From Amoebidium appalachense (Eukaryota; Protista; Ichthyosporea): a stretch of 64,000 bases of DNA. The notes beneath the pieces are model-generated. The model was not told the origin of the DNA and did not search any database. It was given only the letters and a program-made list of their open reading frames with translations. Location: positions 124,001-188,000 of the forward strand of contig CAVNZM010000018.1 of NCBI GenBank assembly GCA_963693365.1, in the 5' to 3' direction. Positions 13,161 through 25,947 of the stretch are shown one piece after another. Every line of letters begins with the position of its first letter. Within the stretch, counting starts at the first letter, position 1. Both the position numbers and the translations under genes were made by a program.

Positions 13161-13716
13161 GGGGGCGGGGGAATGCGGTGTTAGACATGCATTTTTCAGT
13201 AGAACAGGGTGTGTGTGTGTGAGCATGTATATGTATTGTTTTTATGGGGAAAAGCTGTGAGCCAACACTTGTGTGTGTGTGTGTTTTAGGGGGATCAGTC
13301 ATAGAATTCACTCTGCTAGGCACATGTGTATATGTGCACACAGTACGGATAGGTTGTGTACACACACCACAAATAGGCTGTCTAGAAAAGACTATGGGGG
13401 GTATCTGTTCCCTGTCCTCACACACACACACACATACACACACACACGAAGGAGCTTAGAGCGCGAACAAGCCTGAATGTATGTGGGGGGAGAGGGGGAG
13501 GGGGGGGGGGGGGAGGGCAGTACCAGCTCTGTCATGCCATAGCCCTGACGAATGACATTAATATTGGGCAGACGGGCATACAGTTGGTCGGTAACCTCCT
13601 TGGAAAGGGGGGCAGCACCAGAGCAGATTTCTTTGACGGAGGAGAGATCAAACTTGTCCACTACGGGATGTTTGGCGAGGAACAGGGCAATGGGCGGAAC
13701 GATGTGGAGAACGTCA

Positions 13717-13764
<48 letters not shown>

Positions 13765-13896
13765 AGGGGGGAGGGTGGGGAGGGGTGAGAGGAGGGGGTT
13801 AGAATGTGTTCCGGTGTCTGAACTGCATGCTCGCGAACAGTCAACGTGTGCAAACTTTGCAAAGGACACACTGATTGGCCCCGGGGGTGGGGTTTT

Positions 13897-13945
<49 letters not shown>

Positions 13946-14083
13946 GGCAATGGTGAGACAAGGTTGCATACGGAAAGTGGGGCCCAGAACATTGCACGTG
14001 ACGATGGATCACAGGAACACACGAAGAGAGGATGCATCTTGAGCCAGAAGGAGAAAGGCACGGGGGGAGGAGGAGGAGGAGGA

Positions 14084-14129
<46 letters not shown>

Positions 14130-14202
14130 CTGCATTGAGAGGGGCCAAGAGAGTTCCAAAGATAGAAAACCATCCCGTGGAGCCGGGGCCGGGGCCGGGG
14201 GG

Positions 14203-14233
<31 letters not shown>

Positions 14234-14321
14234 AGGGGAAGGGGGAGGCTACCTTATCCTTTTGAATCGTCGTCAGGAACTCAACCGGGTCGAACTTGCC
14301 CAAGCAACTGTGTGTGTGTGT

Positions 14322-14363
<42 letters not shown>

Positions 14364-15103
14364 GGGTAAAGTGTTGTACATAGTAAGTGGTTATAGAAGA
14401 AGAAAGCCTTCGTGTACAGTAGAGTTCATACACAGCGGAAGCCGAGGTCATCCAAAGTATTTCGCAAAGAACCCCCTCCCCCCCCCCCCCCAAAAAAAAA
14501 AAATGCAAAAAAGACATTAGGCCTTTGTGTGGGGATTGCCTTTTGTTCTTACAGGTCTAGGTGAGTGTGTGTGTGTGCTTGTGTGCGTGTGTGTATTTGG
14601 CCGAAGGGGGGGAGAGGGGGGGGAGGTAGATATGCACCCTGATTCAAACAATTTGAAATCAAACAAGACGATGAAAGAGGGCAAAAACAAAACTTCAAAA
14701 AACTTAGGCACAACCCCCTACCGGGCCCGACAGCGGCTTCTCCCGGTGTGTGTTTGTATGCATGTGTGTGCGTGCGTGTGCACGTGCGCGTGCGCGTGTG
14801 TGTGTGTTGGGAGAAGGGAGGGGGGGGGGGGGGGGGGGGGGGGGGATCATACGAGATTGAAGACCCAAAAGCAAGAGCCAGGTTGACAATCACCACTAGA
14901 CCGTAACAGTGGTAGAAGGGAAGAAGACCAATCAGACGGTTGGCGGGGGACAGAGAGAGACCTGGTGAGGTGAATGGGGTTAAAAGATTATGTGAGATTT
15001 ATTCGGAATAACTTTACATCGCAATTTCTGAATGCCTAAAAAAAAGAGGAACACATGATATATACATACATACATACAAACAAACAAACAAACAAACACA
15101 CAT

Positions 15104-15137
<34 letters not shown>

Positions 15138-16174
15138 AAAAGATTTCAAGGTCTGATGTGAGACTCGCTTCGTGCTGGCGGCATCTTAGCGTCACGGCGC
15201 AAGATGCCAACTCAAACCGAAAGGTTGAATACTGCGGGCCCAAGTTGGCACTAAGGTTCACGAGACTACTAACACACAGCATGTGAAAAGAACACAAAAG
15301 GGACCAATCAAACACACACACACACACACACACACCTGCATTAGCGGACTGAATCACATTCGTGACGATGTTGAAGTGGGTCAGCTCGACGCCCTTTGGC
15401 CTGCCCGTGGTGCCGCTGCTGTAGGGCACCAGGGCCGTGGCCGTGCGCCAGTCCGCACTGTGCTTAACCCACTTGCTGGGGTCTGCATTCGTTAAAGAGT
15501 TAAAGGCCATGTAGGGGCCCTTGACGTCATCGCCAATCACGATGATGCATTGCACCTGGTTGCCGGCCTCCTTGTTTGCCTGTTATGGTAATGGAATGCG
15601 GCGAGATCAGCAGCAGGTTTTGAAATGTGTCGTGGGCGTGCATGTGGGGTGGAAGTTGGTGTTGGTTGTGCGTGCGCATGGGTTGGTCGTTGGAGGGGGG
15701 AAGGGGGGCAGCAAGGGGAGAGAGGAGGAGGGGGGGGGGGGGGGGGGATTCAATATCGTACCAGTCGGCAAAACACAGGGGCACACACCAGTGTAACCTC
15801 GACATGCACACAGTACCAACACACAACACAAACAGAAACCCCTCGACTTGGGGGCCCAACTATCCCTATACGGGGCTCTGCAAAAACCACCACAGCTTGT
15901 ATATTGCCCTGGGATAGGGGCTGGGGGTAGGATAGATGTGTGTGCGTGTGTGTGTGTGGGGGGGGGGTGGAGGGGGGAAGAAAACCCAATTTCCTTCTGG
16001 CACGAGCCCGTAGTTAAATGGAAGAGGAGGGGAGGGGGGAGGGGGGGGGTCTTGGGTAGGAGGGTGAGAGCTCTGAAGGTAAGAGGGGGAGGGGGGGGGG
16101 GGGGGGGGGACCTCAAGGACGGTCGGCAGAAGAGCCTCCGAAGTGATCAAAGACGTAGCCTTACTGTCCTTGAG

Positions 16175-16242
<68 letters not shown>

Positions 16243-16291
16243 ATGTGTGTGCATGTGTGTGCATGTGCGTGCATGTGCGTGTGTGTGTGCA

Positions 16292-16335
<44 letters not shown>

Positions 16336-18435
16336 GTGTGCACGTGCACAAAGGAGCTCTCTTTTCCAGAGAGGGGGGGAGGGGGGAGAGGGGAAGGGCG
16401 AGGAAGAGGTTGTCAGCAAAATGCTCAGAGAGCTATCCGTGTTGGAAACAAGAGAGAGAGAGGGGGGGGGGGGGGGGGGGGGGCAGAAACATGTATAGAT
16501 AAACATTAGCAAAGCCAGCAAGGTGGGCGGAAGGGTGGGTGGTGTGTGTGTGTGTGTGTGGGTGGGTGGGGGGGGGGGGGTTTGAATGCGGTAGGAAGTA
16601 CGCATACACGACGAGAAGCATGGTACAGGACACATGCAAAGGCAAACATTCAAGTATCCAACATCAGCCATGTGCACAGTATGCGTCATAAGCAGAGCCC
16701 ATCCTCAGGGGGGAGGAGGGGGTTTGGATGCGGAACACAGTACGAAGTACGCATACACGATGAGAAGCATGGTGCAGGACACATGCAAAGGCAAACATTC
16801 AAGTATGCAGCATCAGCCATGCGCACAGTATGCGTCATAAGCAGAGCCCATCCTCAGGGAGGGCCCAAGTCATCAATTGCGTCTGAGTTTCGACCCCTTA
16901 GCCCGCGTATATACGACGCTCCAACTCAAACAGCAGCATCAACTGAACTTGGGCGGGTCAACCCGTCTTGATCAAAGACGAGCAGGGTTGCTTATGCAAG
17001 CAAGGTGAGCAAAACGGTGAAGATGTGTGTGCAAACTAATGCAGTGCAGCGAAAAATGCGTATGTGCTTACAGATGCACGACACAGAGCAACCATGCCCG
17101 GTTGCATGGAAGTAAAGCGGTCTCCACACAGTGGTCTGCCCTGAAAGGACACCTCTGAAAGAAGACTGGGGGGGTTTGAATGCGGTAGGAAGTACGCATA
17201 CACGACGAGAAGCATGGTACAGGACACATGCAAAGGCAAACATTCAAGTATCCAACATCAGCCATGTGCACAGTATGCGTCATAAGCAGAGCCCATCCTC
17301 GGGGGGGGGGGGTTTGAATGCGGAACACAGTACGAAGTACGCATACACGATGAGAAGCATGGTGCAGGACACATGCAAAGGCAAACATTCAAGTATGCAG
17401 CATCAGCCATGCGCACAGTATGTGTCATAAGCAGAGCCCATCCTCAGGGAGGGCCCAAGTCATCAATTGCGTCTGAGTTTCGACCCCTTAGCCCGCGTAT
17501 ATACGACGCTCCAACTCAGACAGCAGCATCAACTGAACTTGGGTGGGTCAACCCGTCTTGATCAAAGACGAGCAGGGTTGCTTATGCAAGCAAGGTGAGC
17601 AAAACGGTGAAGATGTATGTGCAAACTAATGCAGTGCAGCGACAAACGCGTATGTGCTTACAGATGCACGACACAGAGCAACCATGCCCGGTTGCATGGA
17701 AGTAAAGATGTGGGGGGGGGGATGGACATTGTGAGTGTGTGTGGGGAGGAGGTGGGGGGGATTGGTTTACAGATGGATCGTACATGTAGGTGAATGGTTT
17801 GCACACACACACACACACACACACACCTGATAAGCCAACTCCCACGCCGTGCTTCCAGGGTTGATTGTAGTCACCACCGCCCCCGAAGCCAAACACCCAT
17901 GCACAGCCGCCACATATTCGGAGCTGTTTTGCGCAAACAGGCCCACAACACTGCCCGGCCCAATGCCGTCCCCCTGCAGCCCAGCCGCAACACTCACCAC
18001 CTGCCGCTTGAGCTGTCGGGGGGAGGAGGGGGGGAGGGGGGTGTCAGTCAGGAGGGGGGGATGAGGGGGACATGGAGGGGGGGGGGGGAGGAGGAGGAGG
18101 AAAGGGTTAGGATGCGTTAGAAGGTATAAGGGACACATTCATGATGGATACCATTAACACAAATCTGATAAAGGACACACAACGATTATGTATAAAAGGT
18201 AGAATCCATCCTCCGGGGAGTGTCAAGGATTGAGAGGAAGAAGAGAACGGGGAGAAGGGGGAGGAGGGACCCCTTGGGGCCCGGGAGAGGGGGAGAGAGC
18301 CCCGGGGAGGGGGGGGGGAAGGGGGAAGAGAGGAAAGAGGAGGGGGGGGAAGGGAGAGACAGGCAGCAAAGAAGGGCGAGGGAGAGTTAAAAATCGGGAT
18401 TGGAAGAGGGAAAGGGAGATGGTGGGTGGGGGTGT

Positions 18436-18466
<31 letters not shown>

Positions 18467-19932
18467 AAGGGAGGGGGGAGAGAGAATTTATGGTTGGTTT
18501 GGCAGTTAGAGCTTGTTAGGGCTTGTTTGGGTTGAGGCGGGGGGGGGGGGGGGGGGGGGGGGCTGAGGACCTATCCAGAAGTGCACCAGGACTACGGCTA
18601 GGGAAAGCTTGGAAGTGTGAGTATGGCTACAGGCAGGCGGGTGGGCACATGAAGGAAAGGATGACTAAAGCAGGTGGGGATGCAACTGCGTTGTGAAGGC
18701 ACAGAAAGAACGGTGTGCACACCTGGTTGTATGTCGTCTCCTTGCCGTTCATCCGAAGGGCAACACTGTCCCCAAACTTGCTCGTGAGTCCCTCGGACAG
18801 ACCAAACATGTAGTCTGCATGGCAAAGGGAGAGGGGGGGAAGAGAGAGAAGCGGGTTGGGGAGGGAGGGAGGGGGGAGGAGGGGTAAAGGGCTGTTAGTT
18901 GGTGTAGATGCAGTGGTAAGGGAAGCGATGGGACAAAGAGGGAGGGGGGTTGGAGGGGGGATGGTGTTGCATACAGAGCTTTCTAAAGTCGTGCGTGCTG
19001 TTCTAATGGGGGAAAGGGGTGTGTTTTTTCATGGCGGAGGTGGAGAGGAGGAGTGGAAGGGAGAAGGGGCGAGGGGTCTCTAAGGGGAAGTGTTGGGTAT
19101 TGAAAACAGACTGTGTGAGCAGGGGAGGGGCGGGGGGGGGTGGGAGGGGGGGAGTAGATAAAGGGATTACCAAACAGTGTAACGAATGACAGTCCTAGCC
19201 AAGTAGAGGTTGTATTGCGAGTAAAATGATGAGTGGAGAGGTTGATATGACCATAAATGGTAAATGTCTGCATGTGGTTGGAACCCACCTGGAATTGACA
19301 TCTCCTTCAGTTCCACTTCAGGGTACTCCGACTTGAAGATGACATCACGCCTGGCAGCAGCGTGGAAACGAGCAGCAATAGCCTAGCAGTACGAGTCTTA
19401 GCACCATAATCAAAGCAAAAAAACTCATTATGGAAACTGATTGTAGAGGTGGGAGAATGCTGATGTGCATGGGAACATTGATACCATGGGATGCCATGGG
19501 TGAACACTACCACAGAATGCAGATTTAGAGTGCGCTCGCAACCACAGTGAGCATGTACAAGCCCACGCATATGCACTGAACTAATGACTGGGGGGAAGCA
19601 GCGGGGAAAGGGAGGACCTAAAAGATAGCAGGAAAAAACGGTGAGGAATTAGGGCTAGAGGGTGAAAGAAAAGAGGAGAGGCCAGGAGGGAAAAGGTGGT
19701 GGTGGTGGTGGGGAAGGGGGGGAGGAGGGGGGGGGGGGGGGGGGGAGGGGGGGAGAAAGGAGGGGAAGGATGAAGGGGGGGGAGGGGGGGGCCGGGGGGA
19801 GGGAGGGAGAAGGAGGGCGGAGGGTTGGAAGGGGGAGAGGGGAAGGGGGAGGGGGGCTGTTACCCGGCACGCTGTGCGGCGGACGGCACATCCGCCGACC
19901 GAGCGAGCAAGTGAGAGAAGGGGAGTAGCCAT
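7226..19932 (-). CDS. 4-coumarate:CoA ligase-like / luciferase-like acyl-CoA synthetase (ANL family), paralog A, 16 exons
   Basis: Exons give [78 protein letters not shown]. Starts [11 protein letters not shown]; ends AQAQAA*. Confidence 0.93.
7562..8552. repeat. Repeat family S1: two 452-bp tandem units plus a partial third, in the last intron of paralog A
   Basis: 7562-8013 recurs at 8014-8465 (identical ORFs at 7624 and 8076). The third unit is cut at a G-run. Confidence 0.92.
9849..10007. repeat. Intronic minisatellite, about 37-39 bp unit, about 4 copies
   Basis: GCCCAGACGTCGACTCACTTCCGACAAATATAT(AT)GC repeated head to tail. Confidence 0.9.
10571..11395. mobile_element. Candidate non-autonomous TIR DNA transposon (MITE-like) in an intron
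   Basis: CACACCGGCTATCTTATGGGGG ... CCCCCAAAAATAGCCGGTATG imperfect inverted ends, TAT on both flanks, AT-rich interior free of microsatellites. Confidence 0.45.
16579..17711. repeat. Repeat family S1: second tandem array with internally duplicated sub-units
   Basis: Near-identical to 7562-8552 (ORF ..[13 protein letters not shown].. recurs), with sub-unit junctions at G-runs. Confidence 0.92.
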
Positions 19933-21298
19933 TTTATGCCTGCTTCCTTGTGTTTTTTCTGTAACTTAGGGAGAAAAGAATATAAAACAACAGAAATAAT
20001 CAAAAAAACACAGCATGCGCAGTGCAAGTATTGGACGTGGGTTGCCAAACCCTGGACTGAAAAAAGTTCTGGGTTGGCTTTTTTTTTGTTGCTGCTCACG
20101 TCCACCTGAGAGGCTCATAAACGAGCGAAGCAGAGTAGGGCAAAACACAAGAACTAATCATAACATTATAAATGTTACTTTTTATGGTAGATGGATTCTT
20201 CTTAAAAGCTCGTATGATGTCACAGTCTTCCAGAGTTGATCATGGCGCAAATAAATGTCGGCTTACAGCTTCTCCTCGTGCCATGCTGCGTGAAGGGCAC
20301 AATTAGAGTTTCATCCTACATGTATCATGCAGGGAAACTACTGCATTTTTGTTGCATTATGTTTATTCTCGCCTCAAAAAGTTTCCTTGGATACATGGCA
20401 ACGCCGCAACGGAGTCAACGACAACACAGTGCGAGGCTTCATGCTGATTGGGTATCGTTTCTAGTTGGTTTTGATTGGTTCGCAGCAAGAAAGCCAGTGC
20501 TTATACTTTGAAAACATGCAACTTGGCACGCCCTTCCGAAGATCCGGCTTGTACATGTGGTACCGTGCAAAAAGTGGCACGTGGTGCACTGCGGTGGGCG
20601 GCAAAGAACTGGCCCTCAGAAGGGGAAACCTTACATTTGTAGTGGAGGCCCTGATGTTTTTTTGAGGAGCCCTGCCGTGGATGCGGGCACTACTCACCAC
20701 CACGGCCCTCTGAACACAGAGGGCCGTGCTCACTACATACGGCCTTTGGTAAGAAACGGCATCTCTGCAGTGCAAAAAAAAACGGGAAGCAGACCAAGCA
20801 CATGCACGCACGACCGGATGATGATGCACGCACGACTGGATGATGACCATGAGAGCGGCCGGTGGCAGTGTACACTGCAAATCTGTACGCACACCGCAAG
20901 GTCTAGATGAATGGCGTTATGATGGGGCAAGAGGATGGATGCGGTGGAACACAATAGTGGAGGGAGGTCGAGGGAGGGAGGAGGGGGAGGGAGAGAGAGA
21001 GACACCATCTGGTGAGGGAGGGAGGGAGGTCCGGGAGGGGGGAGGGGGAGGGGGGGATAAGGAAGGGAGGGAGAGGAATAGGTAGAGAGAGGGAGAGGGA
21101 GAGGGAGGGAGGGAGGGAGGAAGGGAGGGGGAGAGAGAGCTCTAATATAGAGAGAGCTACTGAGAGACTGAGGGAGAGCTCTAGCTAGAGAGAGAGTTCG
21201 AGAGAGAGCTTTAGAGAGAGGGCTCGAGAGCGAGAAAGAGGGAGGAGCGGGGAGGGAGGGAGGGGGGTGGGGGGTAGGGAGGGAGGGAGGGAGGGAGG

Positions 21299-21353
<55 letters not shown>

Positions 21354-21859
21354 GGGGGGGGGGGGTTAGAGCAAGGCATCCCAAATAGCGTACCTATTTA
21401 GGAGGCCTTGGGTTAGAGGCAAGGCACTTTGGGATCAAGACGTGGGATCCGACTACCTTTTTTGCTTTTTTCTTTTTTTGGGGGGGAGAGGAGGCTGGGA
21501 TGTGTACGTCTTTTTTTCTTAACAAAAAAAAAAAAACAAAGCTACACCTGAGAAGCCGGGTAGGGAGATCTTGCCATTTACGGCTGCAAAACGGTTATCA
21601 CTGTTTCCGAAGGCCGAAGGAGAAGTAGGGGTGTGTGCAAAGCAAGGGAATGAAGGATTTGTTTATGTTTGGGGGAGGTGAGGGTGGAGTTTGGCATGTG
21701 ACACGAAGCATAAAACACACGATGAAGTTATCGAGAAAGAGCAGAAACGACGACCACGTTTGCACACAAAATAAGAGTATGCCAACAAAAGGAGCATTGC
21801 AGGAGGGAGGGAGGGGGGGGGGGGGGGGGGGGAGAATAAGATAAGAGGCGGAGCAAGAT

Positions 21860-21968
21860 GCGAAGTACAACTACACGAGGAAAAACAAGGTCCGGGACAC
21901 ACGCGACCGTTCAGGTATGCAACATCAGCGACATGCCGAGTATGCAATAAAGCAGGGCCCATCCTCTC
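21860..21968. repeat. Degenerate S1 fragment
   Basis: CGAAGTAC...GGACAC...TTCAGGTATGCAACATCAGC...AAGCAGGGCCCATCCTC aligns to S1. Confidence 0.65.
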
Positions 21969-22534
21969 GGGGGGAGGAGGGGGGGGGGGGAAAGACGTGA
22001 CAAAAAGAAGAAAACTGGTCAAGGTGTACAAAAGCGGACATAAAAGACACTTTTATTTTCGGGCCACTCGGCGCCATTTGTAGATGAAGGAGGGTCCCTC
22101 TGCACCTGTGTGAACCAAATGGGTGTAAGTGAACGTAAGGAGAGAAAAACGTCAACTGAGAACGAGTATTGTGTTGCCTCAGAATTACCCAATGTGACAC
22201 CTTCAGCGGCTCGCTCAGGTGAGTATATGCATGTTTATCATCTTTGGCAAGGCTTCATAACATGGGGGAGAGGTAAGGGGTCAGGAGAACAACCACCAGG
22301 TTCTATTCAGAAAGAGTGAGGAAAAAGTCTTAAAAGGTGTTAACCACACCTTCCCCGCCAATCGCTCACCAGCTCGCTAGAATAGATCGAGTATGCACAG
22401 TAACTTGTTGATTCTGCTAACACCAAACCTAACACCTAAAAGCAGATTTCTTCCTATTTGGTTTCTCGAACGAAACCCACATACGACACCCCTATAGGTA
22501 GCCTATTGATGAACCTTTCAGCTCCCCCCGCAAC

Positions 22535-22566
<32 letters not shown>

Positions 22567-23479
22567 CACACCCAGAGAGAGGGGGGGGGGGGGGGGGAGA
22601 GAGAGAGGGGGGAGGGGAAAGAGAGAGACAGAGAGAGAGAGAAACACATCTGCGTTTGTGAACGAAGACAGGCACACATAAACACACACACAAACGCCCA
22701 AAACATTCAAGCACACACGCACACACTGACATAGACACACACACGCACATATACACGCAAACACACAATCACCACCTAAGTTACTACAATATATGTTTTG
22801 AATATGACTACACATACATTTCCCTACCTTTTTCCCCCCTTTGGAGCAGCATGTAAACTGACCGGAGAAAAAACCTGCGAGGGCTTTTCACGTGGCTTGC
22901 ACATTCCAGTCTCTATATATAGCTATCTTAACCATGATTTGGTTGGGGGTATTTTTAAAATGGGTAAATTTGGGTGCATTGTAGCACGTTAATAAAAAAC
23001 TTGAAACTCTTGAAATTTTAAATGAAAGCAGAGCGTGCATTAAATATCACTTTTATTTGTTATTTTGATACTTGGTTATGCAGTATTAAAAGTATCTGCT
23101 GAAATATATCTAACGTAGAATAATAAAATAACTGAGGTATTGCAGATCTTTTGCTCATCTCTCATAGATCTATTACGTGATCACTCTCGCCAAAGGAAAA
23201 GTTTGGAAAACATGAAAAAACAGCCTTGAAGCTTTTCAGAGCTCAGGCTGGAAGGTTAGTTACAGTACAGTGTAGTAAAGCACCACACAGCTGCACCACA
23301 CAACGTTGGCAAGCGCGCACTGCTTTGTTCTGTTAAAAAACACCACGAACTCACGCAAGAAAGCTCAAGTTTTACTCTGTTTTTTCTAAACAGATTTAGC
23401 TAGATACCCATCGCACAAACCTAAGTTCCCCCATCCCCTCCTTTTATCCAGAACCCCTCCTTTTATCCAAACCACCAAC

Positions 23480-24103
23480 ATGCCTGCCGCCCTTCTAGTC
23501 ATCGACATGCAGTATGACTTCATGCCCGGCGGCAACCTAGCCGTGGCTGAAGGGGACCTTCTGGTGCCGCTAGTGAACAGCTTGATTGACAAATTTACAG
23601 AACGCGGCCAGTTTGTGGTGGCAACACAGGACTGGCATCCTAAAAACCACGGCAGCTTTGCATCCACACACAACACACAACCCTACACCATGGGTGTGCT
23701 AGACGGTCTACCTCAAGTCATGTGGCCTGACCACTGTGTGCAGAACTCAGAGGGCGCGCGGCTACATCAAGACCTGCGACACATTGAAACAATTGTGAGA
23801 AAGGGGCAGGATGAGAACGTAGACTCCTACAGCGGGTTTTTTGACAACGAGCACAAGAGACAGACAGAGTTGGATTCGATACTGAAGGAGAAGGGAATAG
23901 ACGAGGTGTATGTGTGCGGGCTTGCGACAGACTACTGTGTGCATTTTACCGCGCTAGATGCACTAGATTTGGGGTACACGGTGCACGTGATATTGGACGC
24001 GTCACGTGGGGTCAACTCACCGGAAGGTTCCGTCGATGATGCCATCAAGACGTGGAAGGAGAAGGGCATTGGTGTGGTGACGTCACAGGAGGTGCTGGCT
24101 TGA
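23480..24103 (+). CDS. PNC1: Nicotinamidase/pyrazinamidase (isochorismatase family), intronless, 207 aa
   Basis: LLVIDMQYDF, TQDWHP, WPDHCVQ, RKG..DSYSGF and GLATDYCV give the catalytic Asp/Lys/Cys and the metal ligands. Confidence 0.96.
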   Translation: MPAALLVIDMQYDFMPGGNLAVAEGDLLVPLVNSLIDKFTERGQFVVATQDWHPKNHGSFASTHNTQPYTMGVLDGLPQVMWPDHCVQNSEGARLHQDLRHIETIVRKGQDENVDSYSGFFDNEHKRQTELDSILKEKGIDEVYVCGLATDYCVHFTALDALDLGYTVHVILDASRGVNSPEGSVDDAIKTWKEKGIGVVTSQEVLA

Positions 24104-24344
24104 GGGGTATATTGCGAGGGAAGGGGACGTGGATTGGTGGTTTTTGTTGCTCGCATTTATCTTCCCTTTTTTCTTCTCGGCCTCCCTCCTTCTCACTCTC
24201 CACTTGTGGATTTTTCATTTCAGATGGCTGAATGCCTAAATTTCACCTGAGAGGTCGTGTTGGTGGCGGAGGTGGTGGTGCGGGGGAGGCGGGGGAAGGG
24301 GAGGAGGGACGGAGTTACCACGTTTTCTTTCGGTAGGTAGAACA

Positions 24345-24470
24345 GTTACCGTATAAGATGTTATATATCGATAAATGCAACAGCCATACGGGCAGGTGAA
24401 TATCTCGCAGGCTAACAGGTTTCTTTGGATAGGTAGTGTGTTCATCTTTTTATCCTCTTTCTCTTTCGCC

Positions 24471-24517
<47 letters not shown>

Positions 24518-24836
24518 CCCTTTTTCCTTCCCCCCCCGCGCTCTCCTTCTCCCTCCTTCCCCCGCTCTCCCCCCATATGATTTCCTTCTCTTACCGTATA
24601 AGATGTTATATATCGATATATGCAACAGCCATACGGGCAGGTGAATATCTCGCAGGCTAACAGGTTTCTTTGGATAGGTAATGTGTTCATCTTTTTATCC
24701 TCTTTCTCTTTCGCCGTCCCCCCCCCCCCTCCCCCCCCCCCCCCCTCCAACCCCCCCCCCCCCCCCCCCCGCCCTTTTTCCTTCCCCCCGCGCTCTCCTT
24801 CTCCCTCCTTCCCCCGCTCTCCCCCCATATGATTTC
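24345..24836. repeat. Direct tandem duplication of about 245 bp downstream of the nicotinamidase
   Basis: TTACCGTATAAGATGTTATATATCG...CCCCATATGATTTCC occurs twice. Confidence 0.88.
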
Positions 24837-25000
24837 CCTCTCTCTTCCACCCTCCCCCTCCCCCCCCCCCCCCTCCCCCCCCCCCCCCCCCCCCCCGCCC
24901 TCCCATTCGTCCGTGTCCCTCTGTCGCTCTCCCTTTCCGTCACCCCATCTCTTTTCTTCCCACACCTCTCTCCCTCCTGGCCCCATGCTCGCCTTCTTCC

Positions 25001-25052
<52 letters not shown>

Positions 25053-25481
25053 CCGCCGCCACCCTTTTCCCCCCTTCCTCCCTCCCTCCACCTCGACCCC
25101 ACCTCTGTCCAGCCTTTTTTTTTTTTTTTCCCCTGGAGTCCAATCTGAGTATGTATTAATTCGACCTGTTTTTTATTTTGAAAAAGAATAAAAAATTAAA
25201 ATAAAGAAAAGGGAACATATTTCTTTCCTTGGTTCAAGTTCTTTGCATTTCTTTTTCACTTTTGTTTTTTTTATTAGACCCCCACGGGGGAAGGGAGGGG
25301 GGAGAAGGGGACTGCAGAGGGGAAGGGATGACGATGCGCTGTATAGTATGTCGGATGTTGTACAAAGGACTCAGGAAAAATGTATGCAGATGGTGGTGTC
25401 GTATGGCTTAGAGGAGAGTTATGTAAACATGATGCATAGTTCTATTCCATGCAGTGTGGCAAACTTCAACCCTCCCCCCCC

Positions 25482-25514
<33 letters not shown>

Positions 25515-25520
25515 ACTGCC

Positions 25521-25770
25521 CTTGCCTGCATAAGCAACCCTGCTCGTCTCTGATCAAGACGGGTGACCTACTCATGTTCAAGTGAAACAGTATCTGAGTT
25601 GGGTTTCGTTAACGAGGTGAATGGGTCGATACTCGGGCACTGTGGATGACGTGGGCCCCCCCTGAGGATGGGCTCTGCTTATTATGCATACTCTTTATGT
25701 ATGGCTTGCATTCTGCATCGTGTTATCCGTTTGTTCTTGTGTACTTCGTACTTTTTGACGCATTCAAAAC
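25521..25770. repeat. Diverged S1 subfamily copy, inverted relative to 7562
   Basis: GCATAAGCAACCCTGCTCGTC...CTGAGGATGGGCTCTGCTTA...GCATTCAAAACCCC matches the reverse complement of S1. Confidence 0.85.
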
Positions 25771-25881
25771 CCCCCCCCCCCCCCCCCCCCCCCCTTTCCC
25801 CTTCCGCTCCCCCGTTCCCCCTACCGGGTGATGCCACACTCACAAGTGCAAGCATGCGCTGCACACACCCACACGAACACA

Positions 25882-25947
<66 letters not shown>

